NCBI RefSeq assembly: GCF_009914755.1
Contig: NC_060931.1
DNA: 64,000 nucleotides
DNA from: the human T2T-CHM13v2.0 reference genome, Homo sapiens
Reading direction: 5' to 3' (one strand)
In this document: positions 1 to 16,404 of the stretch, in pieces
Layout of the letters: the number at the start of each line of letters is the position of its first letter
Numbering within the stretch: the first letter of the stretch is position 1
Notes under the pieces: model-generated
What the model was told of the DNA's origin: nothing
Database searches by the model: none
The model's input: only the letters and a program-made list of their open reading frames with translations
Program-made: the position numbers and the translations under genes

Positions 1-229
1 GTCCACACACCCAGATTTCACTTTCATACACTACCTGGTGTTGCTAGCCTAAAGTTATACAACGTCCTATCAAGTGTTCTCTAAACAACTTTTAACTGAG
101 GCAGTTTACAATGCTCATTTGGCTTAGTTTCTATCTTAATGGAAATAAAAAAATTAAAAAAATTCAATTAAAATAATATCAATACAATAAAATCTTTTGG
201 TTAACAAGTCTATAATGAAAAATGTCCAC

Positions 230-838
230 CTGCCTAACTGACTTTGTGTCTTTTGACTCCTCTTCTTTGCAATCAATAACAGTACTTTAGCTATTTTTCC
301 CTGTTTACTTTCACATTTCAAGTTACAAAGCTTATATTATTTTTAATATACCCACTTTATATATTTTTTCATTTTATGATAGATAACTATACTGCAATCT
401 TATATCATCCTGCAGCTTATTTTTCTCACTTCACCATTGTAATTCTTTCCATCAAAAATTTACTAAAGTATTTCCCAGATATATACATTGAGCCAATATT
501 AAGATCATCTTTAGATTACATTTGAGTTCCATATATATTTATTCAATACATGATTATCTAAGTAAATAATATATATTTTACATGCATATGTGTATGTGTG
601 TGTTGAGAGACAAAGAGACAGAGACAGAGAGACAGGGAGCAACATATAAATTTAAAGTTAGATAATTTATATAAATATGACTATGTAAACCCTTCACTCG
701 TGGTTCAAGTCACTCTCTCTACAATTTTTGGACTTCGTTTGAGATTATAATTATTTTATTTGCATTATTTTCTATAAAATTATTCCAAACATTTAAATTA
801 TTTATGACATTTTCCATCATTGGTTTCTGTTTCATAGG
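230..838 (-). mobile_element. Old HAL1/L1M-like LINE remnant, 3' part (left of the L1PA insertion)
   Basis: Degenerate T-rich sequence with a HAL1-like motif 'atgactatgtaaac' near 677-690; appears to continue on the far side of the L1PA TSD. Boundaries approximate; family call from memory. Confidence 0.4.
589..634 (+). repeat. Compound (TG)n/(GAGACA)n microsatellite
   Basis: tgtgtatgtgtgtgtt followed by gagagacaaagagacagagacagagagaca. Confidence 0.8.
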
Positions 839-1058
839 TCTTCACATTTTTTTTATTATACTTTAAGTTCTAGGGTACATGTACACAACATGTGGGTTTG
901 TTACATACGTATACATGTGCCGTGTTGGTTTGCTGCACCCATTAACTCGTCATTTACATCAGATATTTCTCCTAATGCTATCCCTCCCCCATCCGCCTTC
1001 CCCACGACAGGCCCCAGTGTGTGATGTTCCCCACCCTGTGTCCAAGTGTTCTCATTGT

Positions 1059-3753
<2,695 letters not shown>

Positions 3754-3816
3754 TATGATATTAGCTGGTTAGTTTGCCCATTGATTGATGCAGTTTCTTC
3801 CTAGCATCAATGGTCT

Positions 3817-4839
3817 TGACCATTTGGCATGTTTTTGCTGTGGCTGGTACCAGTTTTTCCTTTCCATGTTTAGTGCTTTTTTCAGGAGCTCTTACAAGGC
3901 AGGCCTGGTGGTGACAAAATCTCTCAGCATTTGCTTTTCTATAAAGGATTTTATTTCTCCTTCACTTATGAAGCTTAGTTTGGCTGGATATGAAAGTCTG
4001 CATTGGAAATTCTTTTCTTTAAGAATATTGAATATTGGCCCCCACTGTCTTCTGGCTTGTAGGGTTTCTGCCAAAAGATCAGCTGTTAGTCTGATGGGCT
4101 TCCCTTTGTGGGTAACCCGACGTTTCTCTCTGGCTGCCCTTAGCAGTTTTTCCTTGATTTCAACCTTGGTGAATCTGATAATTATGTGTCTTGGGATTGC
4201 TCTTCTCAAGGAGTATCTTTGTGGTGTTCTCTGTATCTCCTGAATTTGAATGTTGGCCTACCTTGCTAGGTGGGCAAGTTCTCCTGGATAATATCCTGAA
4301 GAGTGTTTTGCAGCTAGGTTCCATTCTCCCCGTCACTTTCAGGTACACCAATCAAACGTAGATTTGGTCTTTTCACATTGTCCCATATTTCTTGGAGGCT
4401 TTGTTCATTTCTTTTCACTCTTGTTTCTCTAAACTTCTCTTCTCGCTTCATTTCATTCATTTTATCTTCAATCACTGATACCTTTCTTCCATTTGATCGA
4501 ATTGGCTACTGAAGCTTGTGCATGCATGACGTAGTTCTCGTGTCATGGTTTTCAGCTCCATCAGGTCATTTAAGGTTTTCTCTACACTGTTTATTCTAGT
4601 TAGCCATTTGTCTATCTTTTTTCAAGGTTTTTAGCTTCCTTGCGATGGGTTCGAACATCCTCCTTTAGCTCAGAGAAGTTTGTTATTACCGACTTTCTGA
4701 AGCCTGCTTCTGTCAACTCGTCAAAGTCATTCTCCATCCTGCTTTGTTCTGTTGCTGGCGAGGAGCTGTGATCCTTTGGAGAAGAAGGGGTGCTCTGGTT
4801 TTTAGAATTTTCAGTTTTTCTACTCTGGTTTCTCCCCAT
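3817..4839 (-). pseudogene. L1 ORF1, disrupted
   Basis: MGRNQSRKTENSKNQS... start at 4839; RRAIPRHIIIRFTKVEIKEKLLRAAREK... and YPAKLSF in 3892-4209; split by stops and frameshifts. Confidence 0.92.
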
Positions 4840-5849
4840 CTTTGTGGTTTTATCTAACTTTGGTCTGTGATGATGGTGACCTACAGATGGGGCTTCGGTT
4901 TGGATGTCCTTTTTGTTGATGTTGATGCTATTCCTTTCTGTTTGTTAGTTTTCTTTCTAAATGTCAGGTCCCTCAGCTGCAGGTCTGTTGGAGTTTCCTG
5001 GAGGTCCACTCCAGACCCTGTTGCCTGAGTTTCACCAGCAGAGGCTGCAGAACGCAAATATTGCAGGACAGCAAACATTTCTGCCTGATCCTTCCTCTAG
5101 AAGCTTTGTCTCAGAGGGGCACCTGGCTGTATGAGGTGTCAGTTGGCCCCTACAGTGAGATGTCTCCACGTTAGGCTACACGGGGGTCAGGGACCCACTT
5201 GAGGAGGTTGTTTGTCCGTTCTCAGAGCTCAAACACCATGCTGGGAGAACCATTGCTCTCTTCAGTGCTATCAGACAGAGACGTTTAAGTCTGCAGAAGT
5301 TTCTGCTGCCTTTTTTCAGCTATGCCCTGCCCTAAGAGGTGGAGTCTATAGAGGCCTGTGGGCCTCCTTGAGCTGTGGTGGGCTCCGCCCAATTCAAGCT
5401 TCCTGGCTGCTTTGTTTACCTACTCAACCCTCAGCAATGGCAGACTCCCCTCCCCCCAGCCAGGCTTGCCCCCTCACAGTTTGATCTGGGACTAGCAGTG
5501 AGCAAGGCTCCGTGGGTGAGGGACCCGCTGAGCCACGTGTGGGATATAATCTCCTGGTGTGCCATTTGCTAAGACTGTTGGAAAATCGCAGTGTTTAGGT
5601 GGCAGTTTCCAGATTTTCCCAGTAGAGTCTGTCATGGCTTCCCTTGGCTAGGAAAGGGAAATACCTGGACCCCTTGCTCTTCTAGGGTGAGGCAATGCCC
5701 CGCCCTGTTTCAGCTCACCCTCCGTGGGCTGCACCCACTTTCTGACCAGTCCCAGTGAGATGAACCAAGTGCCTCAGTTGGAAATGCAGAAATCACCTGT
5801 CTTCTGCATTGATCACGCTGGGAGCTGCAGACCAGAGCTGTTGCTATTG

Positions 5850-5859
5850 GGCCATCTTG
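5850..5859 (-). promoter_or_regulatory. YY1 site of the L1 internal promoter
   Basis: CAAGATGGCC on minus, about 10-20 nt from the L1 5' end, the established position of the L1 YY1 motif. Motif only; activity unknown. Confidence 0.7.
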
Positions 5860-5882
5860 AAATGGGGCTTCTTCACACTTTT

Positions 5883-7090
5883 CAGATGTTCTAATGACTT
5901 GTTTTAATTTCTTTGACTGTAGCCTAATGATTTCCTCTTGGAGAAGTTCAAATATTTTGTTCTGCACATGCTGTTCTCTCTGTAGGCCCCAGGCTTCCCA
6001 TCACTGCTTTTTCTGTGCCATACTTTATCTCTGAATCCCAGGTCTTCTTTATTGGTTTACTCCATCGCTTCTAGTAAACAAAGATTCAAAGGAAAGAGTG
6101 CATAATAAATCAAAATTTGAGCCCATAGGTATCTGCAAATTTATTCTATACCTTTGCTTTGGCAGGCTGAGCATATAATTTCAGGCTAAAAATCATTTTT
6201 ACTTATACTGTGAAATTCAAAATTGCTCTATTTTTTCCAGAATCTATACTTGTTCTTAAGAAATTCACTGACATTTTATTTTCCATTTTTCACATATGAT
6301 TTCTAATTTTCTCTGAATTGCTCAGAATTTTTTCTCTAAAAACAAATTAATGAAAGTTCATCATGTCATATTTTGGTGTGATTCCTTTATAGTCATCATT
6401 TAAGACCACTTGGTAGTCACCTGAAACCAGGTGACTGCTGCCCTTAATTTCTGAGAAAAATGTTTTTGTTATTATTTTAATCATTTGTTTAAATTTGTTT
6501 TTTGTTGTTTCTTTCTTTCTGGAATTCTTAGTTGGCACTGGAAACCCCTGAATTTATTTTGCAGTTTTCTAATAATTTCTCTCCTATATTTCATCTCTTT
6601 ATTCTTTGGTTCTATTTTATGGTATATTTATCAAATTAGTCCCAACAATTCTTATAAAATTGATGAAATTTTCTTTTACTAGCTTGATTATCTTTTTGTT
6701 ATACCACCGTGTTTTGCTGTTTTTATGTTGGATGCAATATATTTTGTCCTCTTAGAAGATTTCCATGAAATTAATTTATTTATTTGGATATTTTTATTTT
6801 CTTCTGAATTCTGAATTCTCCAGGATTAATTGCATGCTATTCATCCATATCATGTTAGAGGCTTTCTTCAAATAATCTGAGAATCTGTGGCTATCCATTT
6901 ATATTTAAGAAGAATGCACTGGAAAGCCAACTAGAAGCTCTGTGTGCATAGATGGATCTTGCTGACTTCTTGCTTTAATTTAGAATGGTCAGGTGGCAGG
7001 CCAGATTTGGATAGGAGTTCCTCACATGTCAGCTTTTTCTTTGAAACTATTCTGTTTCTTCAGGAAAAAATATCTTTTAGGAGACCATGT
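5883..7090 (-). mobile_element. HAL1-like (ORF1-only L1 relative) or L1ME ORF1-region remnant
   Basis: Antisense L1M-ORF1-like stretch at 6165-6290 (ggctgagcatataatttcaggctaaaaatcatttt...aagaaattcactgacatttt) and HAL1-like 'atttaagaagaatgcactggaaagccaactagaagctctgtgtgcatagatgg' at 6903-6955. Confidence 0.55.
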
Positions 7091-8737
7091 ACTGCTACCT
7101 GTTTTATTTTGGTTTAAAGTTATAAGGCTTGAGACATGCACCGCATGGTTTGTACAATTATACTTAAATAACCCGTTTAATACCACCTTTAGACCTGAGC
7201 AAGCTATGCTCCTGTTCTGGGCTGCTTGAATGGTTGCCTGGGATTTTGAGTGCCTTCCTTGAAGGATACCCTACTCTAGGATTTGACTAGGGCTGAGAGG
7301 GATTCTGGGACTACTGACTCCCACCTCTGCTATTGTATTGTCACCTGTGGTATGTATGGTATTTCTTTCACTGGCTCATATAAGATTGGGTGACAGAAGG
7401 TTGCTGACACAGTGATTCTGAGTTACTCTCAATTGAAGTTGAGGGATTTGGACTCCCATACAATCTACTGCCAAACCTTGAGGCTGAGCCAAGTGTGGGG
7501 GCCAGTGTATGGGTTCTTGAAAGTATTTCAACTACAGTGCTATTTCATAGCACAACACCTGAGGGAGAAGGAGGTATTAGTAAGCATCTTTTATCCCGTG
7601 TCCTACTTTCCAACCAAACCCTCACTTCTGGCACCAACAGATAACTCTACCTCTCCATAGGCTTCACACAATATGACGAATGGTGATTGGGGATGGCCAT
7701 ATTTATCACCTCAAAGACATTTAGATGTTATCATTCCGTTAGGTTGAAAGAACCTTCTGATTGACATCCTCCCCTGTGTGGAAGGTGGGAGTACATATAA
7801 CATTAAAAGAGATCATTTTCTAGGAATTCATTGGTTATAGATTAATTATTTAAAAAGTCATAGTTAGAGGATGTGTCACTCTATATTTATGTTAATAAAT
7901 GATTAAGGATAAATTTAAGATGGCCAGAAAATGAATTATTGTTCATATGTCTATTTACAGTATGGGTAAGATTTGCATTTGCTGTCCTCATCAACAAAAT
8001 ATAGTAATATAACAACCTTTGAAAGAATCACTGGAAACCAATATTCATAGGCTACACTACGTATAGTACAGAATCCTGAGTGATAACATAATCGGTATGA
8101 AATAACTGGTATTCAGAAATTGCAGAAGTGATAATTTCTATATTGTTTCATGGCACTCTGAGTGTGAATAACATTGCTGCCTTTTTCCCTGGGTGGGAAA
8201 TATAAAATTTCCTAGGATGGCACACTTAAAGATAACCACAAAGCCTTCATGAATATTAACAGGAAGAAATGGTGCCTAGACACTGCAAAAATTGCCACGA
8301 TCAGTGATTGGACAAACTTCTCATAAGGCTGTACCTCTTCTTTGCCCATTATTCTGAATCTTCATTGATACCTCACTTAACATGGTGTTACTTATTGTGT
8401 AACTAGATTCTTCTTGAAGAGCAAAAGGCCTACCAAATATATTTCCTCAATATTCTACAAAACCAAAATATTAAATTAAAAAGTGAGTCTCTAAAAAACA
8501 TCAATGAAAAGACCAGCTTCAGTGCTTCAGCACCTTGATGCAGTTGGCATTTTTCACATTTCAGTCAAATAAGGGCCAATTTGAATAAACTACTCTTCAT
8601 GGCTTCCACTGTCACCCAGGGTTCTGAGAAAGGTTGGTAAGTTGAAACTGTTATGAGTCTAGAAGTGAAATTAAAAATTTTAAAGCACTACTGTTATTTG
8701 TGGTATGTGTATATGACAATGAGATCAACACTGCAAC

Positions 8738-9318
8738 CACACTTCCAAAACTGTGAACCAAGATACTCTCTCAAATGTATTACCACACTTATGGGAGAGC
8801 TGCATAATATTTTAAATTTTCAAGGAAAACACAGTGATACTAAACATCTGTCAGACACTGAGTGCACTAATAGCTTGAGGTAATTCACAGTCTCAAAGTT
8901 GCATTGTGTTGCATTCCTTTTGATGACATCATACCTTCCTAAGATGTGTTTCTTTCATTACATGACAAAAAACAAATGCCATGTGGAAATCAATGTAGAA
9001 AAGGAAATGAGCATGAGAGTGCCTGATGTGACTTAAGGTCTTGGGGCATTGTGCAGTGCCAAACAGGTGCATGCATCTAATTTGTAAGGTACTGTGGTTA
9101 CTTAAGAATGAACTAAAAATATAATTTCGTTCTTTGGATTTATGGGTATTTTTTCCAAAAGCCTACTAAACTGTTAGAACATAAACATTTATTAAGTTGT
9201 TTGGATTTAACTACTAACTAGATGGAACTGTTAGATACTGCTTTTGGCCAAGAGTGTATGCAAAGAAAAGTTACTAAGACATTAAGAGTGTTGTGAATCC
9301 AGATGTTTGGGAATCTCC
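8738..9318 (+). mobile_element. hAT-Charlie DNA transposon fossil (Charlie4a-like)
   Basis: Matches the recalled Charlie4a consensus along its length: 'atattttaaattttcaaggaaaacacagtgatact...cattccttttgatgacatcata...aatcaatgtagaaaaggaaatgag...ttgtgcagtgccaaacaggtgc...gtttgggaatctc'. Confidence 0.7.
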
Positions 9319-9634
9319 AAAGCTTTGGAAGAAAAAGGACTGTTTTAAATAAATTTTTGTTAGAGTAAATTGCATTCTCTTGACCCATTGCTCCTTGGGA
9401 GATTTAAATGCACAAGCCCAGACTTTGAGGTTAATCTGTCCCATCTGAAAGTTATTGACATTTTAGAAACATCAATGTGTATTTAGGCATCTATGTAGTA
9501 ATTCCTGTAAGGCTAAGGTTTCATTACTTTAACAAAAAATGTGAATGTGAAGAATATGAAATAAATTGATGTGTAAATGAATTGGGCTCATTTTAAGATA
9601 CTGACATGTGCCCCAAATTTGAAATTGATCATAT

Positions 9635-10412
<778 letters not shown>

Positions 10413-11569
10413 ATATGTAATCTATACTCTCTAGTCTCTAAGAACTAACAGTCAAAAAAAAAAAAAAAATCAAACAGTGAAATGTAATGTAATTAAACTT
10501 CCTTTTTAAGAAAGATAGGTCTCAACTAATTTTGTGACTATCCTTAAAACTTTACAATCTGATTCTGCCAAGTTCCCCATTTATAGGTGGAGCATCTGAC
10601 TTTGAGAAAGTAGACTTGTGATTTAAATTTTAGCACTTCAAGAGTTTTGTTTTTATGTACTATATGTCACTCTGCTACCTGGAAGTGAATAAATCATTGG
10701 TTGAAGGAGGCAAACCAGCAGTGCAACTGAAATGAACTAATAGCAATGGATTAAAATAGTACAGAAGGCCAGTGAGAAAGATTCTTTCTTAGGTCCATTT
10801 TGTACACTGAAGGATTTTGGCATATTTTATGTGAGTAATAAAATTAAGTAGCCATTCATTTTTCTAAACATGTTGAAAACCAATTTTATTAATTAAAACA
10901 TATTTTTATAATTCTGATTACAAAACAACTGCTCAAATATTTGTAATTAAAGATCACATTTTTATACTTCATGTTTTTTAATAGCTATCCATAAATGTGG
11001 CATAAAGTGAGTGTAAAATCAGTGCACATTTCATTCTCAAGCTAGTAGTCAAGGTTTGGCTAGTGATACAGAGATAATTAGTATTATGTTCATTTTTACT
11101 TATTCTTTTTCTAGTTGTTTGACTCAACAGTATTCTTTTCAGTATGACTTTCTACTAAATAGGTGTGGTCTTCATTAGAGGGCAAAATGACCTTCAATGT
11201 GAATATAAGGGAATATGTGAATAAAAGTATTTTGTGAATATGGCTTTTTCCCATTGTGGAATAATCCTGCAGATTACTCCTTAGGGATGAAATGAGTATC
11301 AGACTGACATTGAAATGCTTCATTATTAGTTTAAAAATGAATGAAAAATTACAGAGACTGATTAGATAAAAACAAGAAAAATGATCATCAAATTTCTATA
11401 AACTTGATGGTAAAATTATGGTTTTATCAAAGCATTGTAAAGCACACGGTGTGTGGTATAAAGCGCATCTAAAAGTGTTTTAATCCCTTCTAACTAAGTA
11501 GCTTCCTTCTATCCCTTGCTCCTCCTTCTAATCCTCCTGCTCCTCCTTCTGAGAAATATAACTGATTAA

Positions 11570-11763
11570 AGCTTAGTGGAGGGAGTGTGGTCCTTGGAGT
11601 GAACCCAGATTTAAGTCAGAATCCCATAGCGTGTAGTACTGGGAAAGATATTTAACTTGATAATGATGTGAACCTAAAAAAAATGGGTACAAAATCATTC
11701 TCTGAGGGTTTGTATGTGGATTAATTCTGATAATGTGCATAGATGTTTAGTATAATGTGTCTC
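11570..11763 (+). mobile_element. MIR SINE, truncated at the MST insertion
   Basis: gcttagtggagggagtgtggtccttggagt...aaaatgggtac...gagggtttgtatgtggattaa follows the MIR consensus. Confidence 0.6.
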
Positions 11764-14090
11764 TGATAAGGTTTGGATATTTGTTGCTTCCAAATTTCAT
11801 GTTGTAGTGTAATCTCCAGTGTTGGAGATAGTGTGTGGTTGGAGGCATTTGGATGACAGGTGCAGGTCCCTTGTGAATGAATGGCATAGAACCATCCCCT
11901 TGGTGATGAGTGAGTTCTGACTCTAAGTTCACATGACATCTGTTTGTTTAAAAGTATGTGGCACCTCCCCCACTTCTCTCCTGCTATCATGCTCATCATG
12001 TAACATCCTGGCTCCCTGCTGCCTTCCAGCATGATTGCAAGCTTCCTGAGACCTTGCCAGAAGCAGATGCTGGCATCATGCTTCCTGCAAAGCCTGGAGA
12101 AACATGAGTCAATTAAACCTCTTTTCTTTATAAGTTACCCAGCCTGGGTATTTTTTTAAATGGCAACACAAAAGCAAACTAACACAGAAAATTGACACCA
12201 AGGAGTGAGGCATTGCTACAAAGACACCTGAAAATGTGGAAGTGACTTTGGGGGTGGGTAATGTGCAAAGGTTGGACAACTTTGGAGGGCTCAGAAGAAG
12301 ACAGGAGGAAGGGGGAAAGTATGGAATTTCTTAGAGACCTGTTAAATGGCTGTGCTCAAAATGCTGATACAAATATGGACAATGATGACCACACTAATGA
12401 GTCTCAGATGGAAATAAGGAACTTTTTGGGAACTGAAGTAAAGCTTATCCATCACCCATGTTACATCCAAGAAAAGAACTCAACTGCATTGTGTTCATGC
12501 CCTTAGGATCTGTGGAATTTTGAACGTAAGAACGATGACGTAGGGTATCTGGCAGAAGAAATCTTAAAGCAGCTAAGCATTCAAGATGTTGTGGCTTGGC
12601 TGCTTCTAACTGCCTATGAATAGAGGTGGAAACAAAGAAATAATTTAAAGTTGAAACGTGTATTTAAAAGGGAAGCACAGCATAAAAGTTTGAAAAATTT
12701 GCAATCTATGCATGTGGCAGAGAAGAAAAAATTTTCAGGAGGGAATACAAGCAGGCTTTAGAGCAAGCAGTTACTTGCTAGAGAGATTAACATGACTGAA
12801 AGGGAGTGAAGTGTTAATATGCAAAACAATGGGGAAAAGCTCCAACCATGTTTAGAAGGGCTCTGGGTAATGCTTAAGCTGCTACTCTACAGGGTGCAAG
12901 CCATAAGCCTGGGTAGCTTCCACCTGGTGTTTTCTGCAGGTGCGCACAATGCAAGAGTGAAGGAGGCTTGGCAGCTTCTTTCTGGATTTCAGAGGATGCA
13001 TAAGAACGCCTGGGTGCCCAGGCAGAAGCCTGTTGCAGGGTTGGAGCCCTCACAACGAACATCTACTAGAGTAGTGTAGAAGGGAAATGTAGGATTGGAG
13101 GCCCCACACAGAGTCCCCAACAGGGCATTGCCTAGTGGATCTGTGGAAAGAGTGCCATTGCCCTCTAACCCCAGAATTGTAGAGCCATGGGCACCTTGCA
13201 TCCTGAGGCTTGAAAAGCTGCAGGCACCCAACACCAACTGAGAGCAGTCACAGATGCTGTACACAGCAAAGTCACAGGGGCAGAGCTGCCTAAAGCTGTG
13301 GAAGCTTACCTCTTGTACCAGTGTGCCCTGGGTATGGGACGTGAAGTCAAAGAAGATTGCTTTGTAGCTTTAACACTTAATGACTGCTCTGCTTGGTTTC
13401 AGATTTGTGTGAGGCCTAGTGTCCTTTTTGGGTGATTTCTCCCTTTTAGAATGGAAATGTATGCCCAATGACTGTACCACCATTGTATCTTGGAAGTATA
13501 TAACTTGTTTTTGATCTCACAGGTTTATAAGTGGAAGGAACTCATCACTAGATGAAACTATGGACTTGGGACTTTTGAGTTAATGTTGGAAAAAGTTAAG
13601 ACTTTTAGGAAACTATTGAGAAAGTATGATTGTTATTTACAATGTCAGAAGGACATGAAATTTGTGGGGGGTGGGCAGTAGCAGAATGATATGGTTTGGA
13701 TGCTTATGCCCTGCAAGTCTCATGTTGAAATGTAATCTTCATTGTTGGAGGTGGGGCCTGGTGGGACATGTTTGGCTCATGGGGGCAGATTTCTCATGAA
13801 TGACTTATCATCATCCCCTGGCTAATGAGCAAATCCTGGCTCTGAGTTCACACAAGATATGGTTCTTTAAAAGTGTGTGGTGCCTCCCCACTACTCTTTC
13901 CCCACTCTTGTCATATGATGTGCTGGCTCCCCATCACCTTCCACTGAGCTTCCTGAGGTCCTCACCAGAAGCAACTGCCAGCACCATGCTTCTTGTATAG
14001 GCTGCAGAACCATGAGCCAAAATAAATCCTTTTTTTAAATAAATTACTCAGTCTCATGTATTTTTATAACAATAAAAGTGGAGTAATACA
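11764..14090 (+). mobile_element. Two-LTR MaLR element, MSTB-like: 5'LTR 11764-12186, internal 12187-13686, 3'LTR 13687-14090
   Basis: Both LTRs start tgata(a/t)ggtttggat and end taa(c/t)aca; MST-int start 'gaaaattgacaccaaggagtgaggcattgct'; purine-rich tract before 13687; 5-bp TSD gtctc/gtttc. Confidence 0.9.
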
Positions 14091-14114
14091 GTTTCTCTTA
14101 CTTCCCAAGCATTT

Positions 14115-14305
14115 ATTTCCTAGCTCTGTCAGATTACTCAAGGTCTGTAACTTGCCTGAACCTCAATGTCTTCAATTAACAAACCGAGGCTAATGATAGC
14201 CCATATACTTACCCATAAGATTGTTTTAACAATTACATAATGATCCTAGTAAAATATACTTTAAAATTGCTGCCACAGGTAATACATATTAGCTGTTTAT
14301 GATTA
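14115..14305 (+). mobile_element. MIR SINE
   Basis: cctagctctgtc...aacttgcctgaacctcaatgtcttcaatt...acttacccataagattgtttt...attagctgtttatgatt. Confidence 0.55.
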
Positions 14306-15947
14306 TATTACTTAATTACTATATTATGATTATATTACTACCTTTTTTATTACTACTAGTGATGTAACTATTTTTCCAACAAGTTCCACCCACAGTAAAC
14401 AGTTTACTACGGCCCTTCTTTTCATGCTTGACAGTATAGATTCATTATAAAATTAATTACTGAGTGAATTAAAAAATAAATTGAATTTGGCACTATTTAA
14501 GTATCTAAAAATTTCAAAAGAATGTTCATGAGATAAATTGCACTTTCATAAAAGGCCTGTGGTTCAAATATGTTTTCTCAAATGAGTTGGATATATAACT
14601 GAAGCTGCTCTCCCATGTAAAAATTGAAGATCTCAATGAGAACAAAGTAGAGAAAGGGAATTCTATCTGTTTGCAAAGGCAGCCAAAATAATTTAAGATT
14701 GATTCTCTACCCACTGGGAGATTTCATACACTCATCACTTTCCTTTAGTCTGATATATGGGCAGTTCCTTTTAATTCTCTTATTCTTGGCTCCCACAAAT
14801 GATTGCTTTGCCAGAAATAAGGCCACAACTCAACAATGCCAGATGGGCTGTGCTCCACATGCGCTCAGAGAAGGCCTGAGGCCTGTTTGTGACACAGGTC
14901 GTGTCTGAGGTGAGTTAGAGATTTCTCTCAAATTTCACAAAAGCTTATGGTGGTATTCAGCAATTGTTTGAAATGGAAAAAAAAATCAATTTGCTTTTCA
15001 TAATGTCACATGAAGGGACACAATGCCATGCTTGTAAATAAAGTACATTGAATAAGATATGGTATGAAAGCCATTTTTAATTCAAAGAGCAGAATACATC
15101 CAAAACTGAAATTTCACATTTGAAAAACACAGGCCCTAAATTTGAATGCTTCTACCTTGCTTATTGATTCTTTTTAATTAAAAACTTGTTAACAGAATTA
15201 ATATTACATGGATTAATAAATTAGTAAATGGTTTGCCAGGACTTTGCCCAGGATTCTTATGAATTGTAAGATTGGGAAATGCAGTGTAAACTTTTTGATC
15301 TTTTTTGACATTGTATCAGACATATCATTGACATAGCTGTCTGCATATCAAAATCAATTTTATTCATTAGAAGCTATGATGTTTTCTACTAACATTTGCC
15401 CTGAAATTTTAAGAATAAAGAGTATTTCTGTAACCCACTTTTCTGAACTAGGATTTGAAATAAACCAGTTGTGATGCTTCTGGGCACTGGGAAGACTTTC
15501 CTGATCTCACCCTCTCAAACCTCATATGCTATAAAGATAAGATAAACAGGGACTAAATGCATAAAACAGAATTGTATATCTGAAATTCATAGAAAACATG
15601 TCAAAATAAACTGTTGAAGCACTTGTTTCAAAATCTTGAATTGTATATGAGATCATAAAACAATGGTTTAGAGATTTCTTCTCAATGGTGGCTTTCTTAT
15701 GAGGTTGGAAAGCATGCACTACGTAATGCTTAGTCTGCAAATGTCAATGTGATAATACATAATGATTTAAGATGAAATATTAAATGTGAGTTCCAGGACG
15801 ACAGAGACCATCCCTTACTTATATACATATAGCATTACAGAATCCATGACCTATTGCAGACACTCAAAGCATGTTTATTAAATGTAACTAAATTGAGTCA
15901 CACCATTTCGTTGTAGAGTAAACAGAATACTAGATTGGCAATCTAGG

Positions 15948-16010
15948 TCAGCAGCTCTTAAAACTAGCATGCACAAGATTTCCCAGAAGAGCTTTTAAAA
16001 TAGTTTTCTT
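15948..16010. mobile_element. MER5-like hAT fragment hosting the AluY
   Basis: cagcagctcttaaaactagcatgcacaagatttcccagaagagcttttaaaat resembles a MER5A end. Confidence 0.4.

Positions 16011-16404
<394 letters not shown>

Noticed and set aside
5437-5484. L1 antisense ORF0
   Set aside because: The ATG is at the expected place (MADSPPP), but a frameshift ends it after 15 codons.
14843-14908. MGCAP... resembling a myristoylated N-terminus
   Set aside because: In-frame TGA just before the splice donor; the similarity covers only 5 residues.
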